Part shown: in pieces, positions 49,046 through 56,139 of the stretch
Numbering within the stretch: the first letter of the stretch is position 1
How the letters are laid out: each line of letters starts with the position of its first letter
Virus record (IMG/VR): IMGVR_UViG_3300033141_004211
Coordinates: 1-64,000 of that record
Length of the DNA stretch: 64,000 nt
Direction: 5' to 3' (one strand)
Origin: a virus
The notes under the pieces: generated by a model
What the model saw: the letters and a program-made list of their open reading frames with translations, nothing else
Told to the model about the DNA's origin: nothing
The model's database searches: none
Made by a program: the position numbers and the translations under genes

Positions 49046-49074
49046 AGTATACCACATCGCAGCCTGTTTGTCAA
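49046..49074 (-). promoter_or_regulatory. Sigma70 promoter giving a ~340-nt leader to the thioredoxin gene
   Basis: On the minus strand: TTGACA (49074-49069), a 17-nt spacer, then TATACT (49051-49046). Confidence 0.65.
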
Positions 49075-49148
49075 GTCGCTATTGCGAAGCACCTGCAATA
49101 GCATTTACTATGACCATTTCAATATCTGTCCAAGACAGATATTTCTGT

Positions 49149-49403
49149 CTAAACAGAAAACTCGAATCGCCAACTGTTTCTACCAAGACCAATGCCCCGG
49201 CCCATGCACCGCCTGCCAACCTCAACAAGGTATTCTTCAGCCCTGCCTACATAGGTAAGGTAGAACCTCTCGTCCCACTTGGGCTCTTTGGGCTCTTTGC
49301 TCTGGAGGTCATCAAGCATACACTCAATATTGTTGAGGTGCTTGTTCCACCCGTGCAAATCCGCAGTACCCAGATGCTCCAAGGCGTCTCTTGCGTTGAG
49401 CAA
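49149..49403 (-). CDS. Hypothetical protein
   Basis: 84-aa ORF with a TTG start and a weak RBS. Confidence 0.35.
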   Translation of the reverse strand: MLNARDALEHLGTADLHGWNKHLNNIECMLDDLQSKEPKEPKWDERFYLTYVGRAEEYLVEVGRRCMGRGIGLGRNSWRFEFSV

Positions 49404-49783
49404 TCACTTCTCTATCACACCCGTGTTACAAGTGTGTTGTTGCTTGCCCATTACCGTCCTTGGATATAAGACGTTACAGTGATTAGAATGGTCAGGAGAC
49501 AAAGGTAGTTACTTTTATAGAATGCGGGAATGATGCTGACGCTAACGGATACCGGCGGCGTGGGAATCGTTCGTCGTCAATCGTCGGGCAACCTTGCGAC
49601 GTGCTTCGGGCGTGCTAGCAGCGTCTCACGATCATCCACCGAGCGACCTTACAACGATCAATCTATCTTACTATCAAACAATCCTACAAGCGTCATCAAC
49701 AATCCTCATGCGCCGTTTATGAACTTAAGGAACTGTAAGTTCAACATGGTACTAGTTATATGCGTAGTTCTCGTGTTCATGAT

Positions 49784-50017
49784 GGGACATAGGTTCGTGG
49801 TGGACATGAGAGAACGTATGTTTGCAAGAATCGTGAGGGGACATAAGTTCGTTATAGAGTTTATATTCTTTATGGTCGTAAGGAACGATGATAAATTCGG
49901 TATCATAGAGAAATCTATGTTTCGTGTGTGCGTTATGTACGCAAGGAACAATGATAAATTCGGTATCGTAGAGAAATCTATGTTTCATGTGTACGTAAGG
50001 AACGATAATGACGTAAG
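49784..50017. repeat. AT-rich tandem and dispersed repeats
   Basis: GGGACATA(G/A)GTTCGT occurs at 49784 and 49838. A ~50-nt unit, AAGGAAC(G/A)ATGATAAATTCGGTATC(A/G)TAGAGAAATCTATGTTTC(G/A)TGTG, occurs at 49880 and 49943, with a partial third copy at 49997. Confidence 0.85.
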
Positions 50018-50197
50018 ATTTAACAAGAACGTTATGGAATGTATGAACGTTGACGGGCGCATACATGCAAAGGCCGCCGTGCCGTCTAGCTGGATGCGCT
50101 CTTTGCCGACGACGGTGGGCGTGAGGGGTATTGCTAGCGCACTCACCAGCCGGTACTAGCCGTTGCGTCACGAGCACGGCAGCCTATTCAGTTTCCG

Positions 50198-50364
50198 GGG
50201 GCGTGGGTAAGGAGGCGAACCCACGCCCCGTACACAAGGAGGAGAGCCGGTTACGGGCCCCGGGTTGGCGGGTGCTCTGTAGTAACGATGCAGCAAACCC
50301 GGCCCGGGCGTCACTCCGGCACGGTTTCCCTAGCATGGGTTGGGCCTACCCATGCGTACCGCCG
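50198..50364 (-). ncRNA. Structured element copy (i)
   Basis: An 11-bp GC hairpin (50198-50230) is followed by conserved blocks GCCGGTTACGGGCCC and GGCGTCACTCCGGCACGGTTTCCC. Variable hairpins lie between the blocks. The paralog is at 55248-55395. Confidence 0.5.
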
Positions 50365-50406
50365 CACATCCCGCTTCACATGCCTAAGCCAGCGGGACGA
50401 ATCGAA

Positions 50407-50667
50407 TCATAATCCCTCCCTACAAACAAATACCTTCTCTCCCTCACAAAAATCAACCTCCCACCGTCCACCGACTGTGAGCAACATCCCCATGACTCTG
50501 AACACTGTCGGCCCTGCCCAATCTCGCAGGTAGACCCTCACGGTTTGCTGCTCTACCCTTCGCAACTCCCCTCCCATAGGCACAATCTTCTCCCGCCGAA
50601 TGACACCCACCGACTGCACCAAGTGAGAGTATGGCTCCCGAGCAAGGAACCACAAAAGCCTGTCCAT
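50407..50667 (-). CDS. Hypothetical protein
   Basis: Start placed at ATG 50667 (MDRLLWFLAR...), in a 1-nt overlap with the upstream stop. Confidence 0.45.
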   Translation of the reverse strand: MDRLLWFLAREPYSHLVQSVGVIRREKIVPMGGELRRVEQQTVRVYLRDWAGPTVFRVMGMLLTVGGRWEVDFCEGEKVFVCREGL

Positions 50668-50882
50668 TAATACTCCTCCGGCAGAAGAACCGTAGTCACA
50701 CTTCGGTCCGCCTCGGTTATGATCCAAATGCGGACACCGGATTGAAGCGTGTAAGCCGAAAAAATCCTGAGGCGTCGCCCAAGGGCGTATTCGTTTTCAC
50801 GAGCGTCCTCGGGGTCCAGGTCACCCCAGTCCCCTTGGGTATGCTTCAATAAATACTCAAGGGGGCTCTCCCCGGCCTCCAT
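50667..50882 (-). CDS. Conserved small protein of unknown function
   Basis: 71 aa. The pattern GDWGDLDPEDARENEYAL ... IWIITEADRSVTTVLLPEEY is one I recognise as recurrent on plasmids and phages, but I cannot name its function. Confidence 0.6.
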   Translation of the reverse strand: MEAGESPLEYLLKHTQGDWGDLDPEDARENEYALGRRLRIFSAYTLQSGVRIWIITEADRSVTTVLLPEEY

Positions 50883-50937
50883 AAACGCGGCCAGAGCCCC
50901 GGGGTTGCCACTAGCTTCCCAAAACTGAAAAGCTCAG

Positions 50938-51474
50938 TCATCGTGCCTCCTTCTCAATCGCATCCCACCCGGTGCGCCCAGAGGGTTCGACGTACTTCAC
51001 GCCCAAGGCACTTAGGATGCCCCTTTCACCGCTGGCAACTCTCTCGCCAGTCTCGCGGTGAAAGAGGCCGTACTGGTTCAAGAGTAATCCCTTCCGCTTG
51101 GCAATGGCCCGGCAAGCAATATTCCACTCCGCCGAGCCGGTCATTGTCAGGACCATGCTCTCAAATTCCGGCACGGTCCTGGCCCTGCCAATATCGATCT
51201 GGAAACCGTCCCTGATGACAATGGCCCCCTTCCTCAGCGTCCCGGCCTTCGTAAGAGGGTCACACCCGAGACGCTCGAGGATTTCCTTCCAAGCAAAATC
51301 ATCAGGGACCAACAAGGCGATGTCGCCATCGCCACAGGTGGGCTTCTGGCGGCGATATGACCCGCAGACCTCATATCGCTCCGCCAGGTCACTTATCTCA
51401 GCGATGAGCGTACCAATGATCCGGCCGGATTCCTCACGTGGAATCCGGCCGTTACCACTAAGCTTACCACCCAT
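50938..51474 (-). CDS. Minimal family X DNA polymerase (Pol beta-like nucleotidyltransferase)
   Basis: 178 aa. CGSYRRQKPTCGDGDIALLVP, MTGSAEWNIACRAIAKRKGLLLNQYGLF and ALGVKYVEPSGR are colinear with the palm/thumb motifs of small PolX enzymes such as ASFV Pol X. Confidence 0.7.
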   Translation of the reverse strand: MGGKLSGNGRIPREESGRIIGTLIAEISDLAERYEVCGSYRRQKPTCGDGDIALLVPDDFAWKEILERLGCDPLTKAGTLRKGAIVIRDGFQIDIGRARTVPEFESMVLTMTGSAEWNIACRAIAKRKGLLLNQYGLFHRETGERVASGERGILSALGVKYVEPSGRTGWDAIEKEAR

Positions 51475-51477
51475 AGC

Positions 51478-51666
51478 TCAACTTCTATCAGCCGAGGCTT
51501 CCTCATCCCCTTGGAGGTCCGCCTCGCACTCTTCCCGGGCGCGCCGAATGGCAGCCTGGTATTCCTCCCAGGCACGCCGTTTAGCGGCCCGGTATCTCTC
51601 CAAGGCACGCCGCTCGGCGGCCTTGTATTTCTTCAAAGCGGCTTTTTGTGTCTGTGTGTCACTCAT
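51478..51666 (-). CDS. Small coiled-coil protein
   Basis: 62 aa, basic and helical (KKYKAAERRALERYRAAKRRAWEEYQAAIRRAREE). Confidence 0.45.
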   Translation of the reverse strand: MSDTQTQKAALKKYKAAERRALERYRAAKRRAWEEYQAAIRRAREECEADLQGDEEASADRS

Positions 51667-51811
51667 TTTTTCCTACTCCTTTCTTTTTCCTCTTGTTTTC
51701 TCAAGGCTCCTGCCCTAGTGGATGCCCCGGAAGCTACTGGGTTACTTCCGGCTACTCCCTTCTTGTTCACCCAGTTGGGATAGCATCCACCAGAGCAGCT
51801 AACTCTTTCCT

Positions 51812-52093
51812 CTAAAAACCCCACCCGCCCTGGTCAACGATTCCCAGAAGGTCGCCATTTGTCTCGGCTCCTGTGTCAACGATGACTCCTGGTTCCTGTG
51901 GGGCCTGAGATGGGGTATACTCTTCATCCCCCCACCTCAGTTGAGAAAAAACCCGCTCCTCGTTCAGGGCCTCCATCTCGGCCCTGAACGCCGCAGCCCC
52001 GGTGAGAGGGAAACCGTACATTTCCCTCTCTTTATCTGTCATCTTGCGCTTTACTAAATTTCTTCCCCTTGTAGTGGTTCTCCACCTTGCCAT
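51812..52093 (-). CDS. Hypothetical protein
   Basis: Start moved to ATG 52093 (MARWRTTTRG...), after AGGAAGGAG. The track ORF extends into the promoter leader. Confidence 0.5.
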   Translation of the reverse strand: MARWRTTTRGRNLVKRKMTDKEREMYGFPLTGAAAFRAEMEALNEERVFSQLRWGDEEYTPSQAPQEPGVIVDTGAETNGDLLGIVDQGGWGF

Positions 52094-52174
52094 TTCTCTG
52101 CTCCTTCCTTTAAGGTGAAAGTAAGGTGTAAGTGTGTTAAGGTAAATGTTAAGGTAAATGTTAAGGTTGATTAT

Positions 52175-52227
52175 ATGATACCACATTTTCGCCAAGATGT
52201 CAAGGGGTGCGTGAAAATTTTAAGGTT
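52175..52227 (-). promoter_or_regulatory. Promoter with conserved upstream AACCTTAAAATTTTC element (family copy)
   Basis: On the minus strand: AACCTTAAAATTTTC, 5 nt, CCCTTGACA (52203-52198), a 17-nt spacer, then TATCAT (52180-52175). The leader carries 5 ACCTTA(A) repeats. Confidence 0.7.
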
Positions 52228-52243
52228 TGTGTGATGGCATCAC

Positions 52244-52329
52244 GTGACTGCTCTCACGGCTAGAGACGTGGGCTTCTAGGGACAATGCCCAGACTACACA
52301 GTCAAAACATTGATTGCAGCGTTTAGATC
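52244..52329 (-). repeat. Copy (c) of the conserved ~90-nt structured element
   Basis: The minus-sense sequence reads GATCTAAACGCTGCAATCAATGTTTTGA ... CCTAGAAGC ... GAGAGCAGTCAC. Confidence 0.75.
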
Positions 52330-52352
52330 ACGAGCAATTTCCAGACCGCAAT

Positions 52353-52432
52353 AAAGAAAAAAGACTTGCCACCGTATTACATCACCCTCCCTGACTACTG
52401 CTCTCCGCAGCCCACACCCCTCCGGCGGCAAG
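52353..52432 (-). terminator. Possible terminator (10-bp stem enclosing a large loop, then a T-run)
   Basis: On the minus strand, CTTGCCGCCG pairs with CGGTGGCAAG across 48 nt, followed by TCTTTTTTCTTTATTG. Confidence 0.35.
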
Positions 52433-52449
52433 CCTTTCTCTGTCGCTGA

Positions 52450-52623
52450 TCAGATCAGGCCCAGGTAAAGCAGCCAACTCTTGCAGCCGTGTTCGCACAC
52501 CCCATCGGGCTCGACGGGGAAGCAACCATCAGTAGCCTCGCACACACCCTGCATGAGCCATTCCATCAGTTGCTCAGTCGGCGGACATTCGACCTTATCG
52601 GTCCTTGGCTCGTCAGTTTGCAT
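52450..52623 (-). CDS. Small Cys-rich protein
   Basis: 57 aa, below the track cutoff, from my translation: MQTDEPRTDKVECPPTEQLMEWLMQGVCEATDGCFPVEPDGVCEHGCKSWLLYLGLI. An AAGGAG RBS lies upstream. The motif resembles a recurrent small phage protein. Confidence 0.55.
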   Translation of the reverse strand: MQTDEPRTDKVECPPTEQLMEWLMQGVCEATDGCFPVEPDGVCEHGCKSWLLYLGLI

Positions 52624-52657
52624 CTCTACTCATCTCCTTTCTTTATCATCAGTGTCA

Positions 52658-52882
52658 TCAATGTCGCAAGTATCTGGAATACCGAGGACGTTGCCAGCCA
52701 GTGCATACCCAGGTTCGATACGTGATGTACCTGCGGTATCGGGGACTCCAATATTTCCGATACTGGACATAGCATCGCCCTCCACCTTGTGCAGCAGTGT
52801 CTGAAGTCAGGGTTATCCAAATCGCTACCGCCAGAAGGATTGCCCAGACAAGGAGCAAGAGCTTATTCTTCTTATCCAACAT
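52658..52882 (-). CDS. Small membrane protein
   Basis: 74 aa with an N-terminal TM helix (LLLLVWAILLAVAIWITL) and a basic Tyr/Arg-rich tail. Confidence 0.5.
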   Translation of the reverse strand: MLDKKNKLLLLVWAILLAVAIWITLTSDTAAQGGGRCYVQYRKYWSPRYRRYITYRTWVCTGWQRPRYSRYLRH

Positions 52883-53034
52883 TTTCTTAGCTTCCTTTCT
52901 TCTCTTCGACGAAAAGCCCCCTGCTTAAGCGGGAAGAGCAATCACCTCGTACCACGTGGTGGGAACCGCGATATCTCATACCCAGTACATCGCCAGTCTG
53001 GAAGGGAAACCTCAAGACATTTCCCAAGAGAGAC

Positions 53035-53229
53035 TTAAAGGGATCTCCTTAGCTCCTCTAGCTCCTCCCAACAGTCAAGACAGTACGTGGCCAGCCAAGG
53101 ACTGGTGTCCATCTCCGGTCCCTCTGCGACCTCAGTGATGGTCGCGCCCGTGATTGCCACGCACTGCTCACCGTACTCAAATTGTCTCCCACACCCGTCA
53201 CAAAAGGTATCTGACATCATAGTCTCCAT
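53035..53229 (-). CDS. Zinc-ribbon protein
   Basis: 64 aa with CDGCG...CLDC. Confidence 0.45.
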   Translation of the reverse strand: METMMSDTFCDGCGRQFEYGEQCVAITGATITEVAEGPEMDTSPWLATYCLDCWEELEELRRSL

Positions 53230-53423
53230 GAGTCGTAAATGGCCTTGGCCCTCAGATGTCCCAACCGCTCTAAAAAGCGGTTCGCCTCCGAGGGTTTCAT
53301 ATCGGCCAGGATTTCATTGACCGTTTCTGCTGGCATCTCCAGCATTTCCCGGTCAATGATCTCTTGCTGCTTAGAAACGAAATCATTCACTGACAAGTCG
53401 CAGAAGTTGCAATCCTGCGTCAT
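53217..53423 (-). CDS. Hypothetical protein
   Basis: 68 aa. The N-terminal CNFCDL resembles the start of 53836-54096. Confidence 0.45.
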   Translation of the reverse strand: MTQDCNFCDLSVNDFVSKQQEIIDREMLEMPAETVNEILADMKPSEANRFLERLGHLRAKAIYDSWRL

Positions 53424-53767
53424 GGCCTCTCACACTCACTAGGGGACTTATCAGGGCGCATCCGGACGTACCGAGGATACAGAAGCGCACCCGACGGCAT
53501 CACGGCGTTTGCCCTGACTTCCATCACGTGCCCGACTAGGCGCTCCATCTCCTCTGCTGGGCCAGATAGAGGGGCGACCCCGACCTCTACACCGTCGGCC
53601 CAACCATAGGCCAGGCGACGATGGGTTGGGTTCATTTTCTCCGACGGGGGTAAAACCCGAAGGACTACAATATCATAGGTCTCTAGAGCCCACTTCCTCT
53701 TGAGCCAACGGACAGTCCGCTTACCGCTCTCATAGTAGGTGTGGCATACACCCTTCACGACGATCAT
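53420..53767 (-). CDS. Stand-alone duplicate of the DNA ligase OB-fold domain
   Basis: 115 aa. The segment from YESGKRTVRWLKRKW to ECERP is about 80% identical to the C-terminus of 54324-55208. It has its own ATG but no KxDG adenylation motif. Confidence 0.6.
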   Translation of the reverse strand: MIVVKGVCHTYYESGKRTVRWLKRKWALETYDIVVLRVLPPSEKMNPTHRRLAYGWADGVEVGVAPLSGPAEEMERLVGHVMEVRANAVMPSGALLYPRYVRMRPDKSPSECERP

Positions 53768-53835
53768 CGCAAACCTCTGACGTCCGAGCGTCAGTATCCT
53801 CCACGGAATGATGAAAGAATTCCTCTCTCATGCCA

Positions 53836-54096
53836 TCACCTACTACAGCGGTCACACGCCGGATCGTACCCATCATGCTTGTTACCGCACGAGCACCGCT
53901 CTGTCAACCGGGCGTACCATTGACCCCAGTACCTATGCAGCGGATGCTCCTCCAAGCTCGCTTCCTCATCTACCAGTATGTGAGGGGGATGGATGAACAC
54001 ATCCCAGCCACCACAGAATGGGAGAAGCGTCACCGTAAGTCCGCGTGCCTTGGCAGCAGACTTGATCCGTTGCAGCTCGCAGAAGTTGCAATGCAT
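53836..54096 (-). CDS. Cys-rich small protein
   Basis: 86-aa ORF with CNFC ... CSCG ... CDRC. Confidence 0.45.
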   Translation of the reverse strand: MHCNFCELQRIKSAAKARGLTVTLLPFCGGWDVFIHPPHILVDEEASLEEHPLHRYWGQWYARLTERCSCGNKHDGYDPACDRCSR

Positions 54097-54327
54097 CTAA
54101 GCCTCCTGTTTCGATGCGCTCCTCAAGATTCTACGGCATCGAGAACACGTGACGCAGCCATGTTTGTCAAAATCCCACGACAGCCCGTATCTTATTCCGC
54201 ACAGGGTGCGGTTACCGTCGCCTTGCACGTGGACAACGGCATAGCCGTTCCGGATCGCCATCTCCCTACTCCAACATACCCACTTACCATCAGTGGATGG
54301 CTCTATTTCTCTAATCCAATCCTTCAT
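54097..54327 (-). CDS. Cys-rich small protein
   Basis: 76-aa ORF in an ATGA overlap with the ligase stop. Confidence 0.45.
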   Translation of the reverse strand: MKDWIREIEPSTDGKWVCWSREMAIRNGYAVVHVQGDGNRTLCGIRYGLSWDFDKHGCVTCSRCRRILRSASKQEA

Positions 54328-55208
54328 GGCCTCTCACACTCCTCGGGCATTTTGTCCGGTCGCATTCTAACGAAACGAGGATACAGGAGCGCACCCGACG
54401 GCATCACGGCATTGGCTTTGACCTCCATCACTTGCCCAACTAGCTCCTTCATCTCCTCTGCCTGCCCGGACATGGGAGCGACACCGACCTCCTTACCATC
54501 TGCCCACCCATAAGCCAAGCGTCGGTGAGAGGGGTCCATTTTCTCTGAGGGAGGTAAAGTCCGCAGGATCACAACGTCGTAGGTCTCAAGCTCCCATTTC
54601 CTCTTGAGCCAGCGAACCGTTCGCTTGCCGCTCTCATAGAGGGAATCGCGCCGCTTAAACACGACACCCTCCTCACCACGTCCATTGAGGGCAGCCAGCC
54701 ACGCATCAAGGGGAACGTCTCTTGGCTTTGTCTCTACAGCCTCCACACGGCTGTCATCCATCCTCTCGACGATAAACTGGGCCAAATGCCAGCGGTTGGC
54801 AAACGGGGTGTCCATAACACTTTCCCCATTGACGAACATTACATCCAGCACTACCAGCTTTAGGCCCTCTGGGTGCTCAGCCCTGAAGTGGGCTACGACA
54901 TCCCAGCCACCGTTGCGGTTTTTGCGTTCGCACTGACAGGCGGCCAAATCGCCAATGACCAACTCGCAGTCCAACATGGTTCCGACTGCAAGTGGCAAGT
55001 TGCGAAAAACCTTCTCCGCGCTCATCATCCGTTTGCCGGCGCGGGAGAACATTTCCACCGTTCCGCACGGTTGGCGAACCACTAAGCATCTGTGTCCGTC
55101 AACCTTCACGGTTGCCACCCAGTCTGGACTGCCGAAGACCTCAGCCTCGTATTTATCGCTCCACCTGGCGGGGAGCATTGGCTTATGGAAAGGTATTCTA
55201 TCCATCAT
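54324..55208 (-). CDS. lig: ATP-dependent DNA ligase (minimal, two-domain)
   Basis: Motif I: KVDGHR. Also present: LDCELV, EGVVFK and RWLKRK, followed by a C-terminal OB domain. 294 aa. Confidence 0.8.
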   Translation of the reverse strand: MMDRIPFHKPMLPARWSDKYEAEVFGSPDWVATVKVDGHRCLVVRQPCGTVEMFSRAGKRMMSAEKVFRNLPLAVGTMLDCELVIGDLAACQCERKNRNGGWDVVAHFRAEHPEGLKLVVLDVMFVNGESVMDTPFANRWHLAQFIVERMDDSRVEAVETKPRDVPLDAWLAALNGRGEEGVVFKRRDSLYESGKRTVRWLKRKWELETYDVVILRTLPPSEKMDPSHRRLAYGWADGKEVGVAPMSGQAEEMKELVGQVMEVKANAVMPSGALLYPRFVRMRPDKMPEECERP

Positions 55209-55247
55209 CTCACACTAGGAGTCCAAACCTCCCCTTTTTAACTAGCA

Positions 55248-55395
55248 CGGGGGGCAGGGGCAAGGGAAGGCCGCCCGCCCCCCCCTAAAGGAGTAGAAAA
55301 GCCGGTTACGGGCCCTACCCTTCACGGTGGGAAGGCGTCACTCCGGCGCGGTTACCCAGCGGGTACTCCCGTTTCCCCGCTATCCGCCGACTCAT
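55248..55395 (-). ncRNA. Structured element copy (ii)
   Basis: A GC-rich hairpin is followed by GCCGGTTACGGGCCC and GGCGTCACTCCGGCGCGGTTACCC. The internal hairpins differ from those of copy (i). Confidence 0.5.
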
Positions 55396-55404
55396 ATTGC
55401 AAGG

Positions 55405-55608
55405 TCAGCAAGAGGGGACCCGGCTAATAAGCCGGCCTCCTCTGTAAATGAGGTAGCCATGCCCCTCAATGGCAGGCCATCCTCTCTGGACTGCCTCGCG
55501 GTCCTCTCTCACCCGCTGGGCCACCTGCACCCTTGCTTCATCGAGGGTGTCTACCTCAGCCACCAACTCACCGTTGCTCTTGTAAACTTTAACCTTCTTG
55601 TGCCTCAT
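55405..55608 (-). CDS. Hypothetical small protein
   Basis: Start moved to ATG 55608 (MRHKKVKVYKSNGELVAEV...), after AAGGAGTAGGAG. Confidence 0.5.
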   Translation of the reverse strand: MRHKKVKVYKSNGELVAEVDTLDEARVQVAQRVREDREAVQRGWPAIEGHGYLIYRGGRLISRVPSC

Positions 55609-55662
55609 TTCTCCTACTCCTTTCTGTGTCATATATAAAGGTGGTATGTTAAGGTTGATTAT

Positions 55663-55714
55663 ATGATACCACATTTTACCCTTTTTGTCAAGGGGGTACG
55701 GAAATTTTAAGGTT
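55663..55714 (-). promoter_or_regulatory. Promoter family copy with AACCTTAAAATTTCC element
   Basis: On the minus strand: CCCTTGACA (55691-55686), a 17-nt spacer, then TATCAT (55668-55663). The ~45 bp around the -10 are nearly identical to the 52175 copy. Confidence 0.7.
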
Positions 55715-56139
55715 GGCTAGGCGTAAATAATCTACCAAGTCAACCTAACAGCGCAAGCGTCCCTCCGTTACAGATACCACTGTTACAACTACAAAGTTAC
55801 AAATCCAAAGGCCCAGGATGATGCCTTGCCCTCTGACCGTAACATTGTCGGGAATCTCTGTTCTGCAAATACCATAAGCAACGTAAAGATAGAAAGCAAT
55901 ACTATCTCACGTACACATTGTCTATGCCAGAAGAAAGTGTATAGAATAACAACTTGTTCGCTACGAAAGCTCTATAGAAGATACGAGGAGAGGAATAGAT
56001 TTTGAATTGCAGGTAACGGGCAGGTATACGAAGTGGTCATTGCGGGTCTTCTGGCGACCGTCAACATACTGCGTGAAGCCAACGCGTCGTGGACATATCG
56101 TGAGGCCCCGATTGCGGTTTAGAATCCTCACCTGACGCT

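Noticed and set aside
49530-50177. A 209-aa plus-strand ORF and a 141-aa minus-strand ORF in the AT-rich block. I also considered a CRISPR array here.
   Set aside because: Both translations are repetitive products of tandem DNA repeats. The repeats are contiguous, with 54-63 nt periods and no unique spacers, so this is not a CRISPR array.
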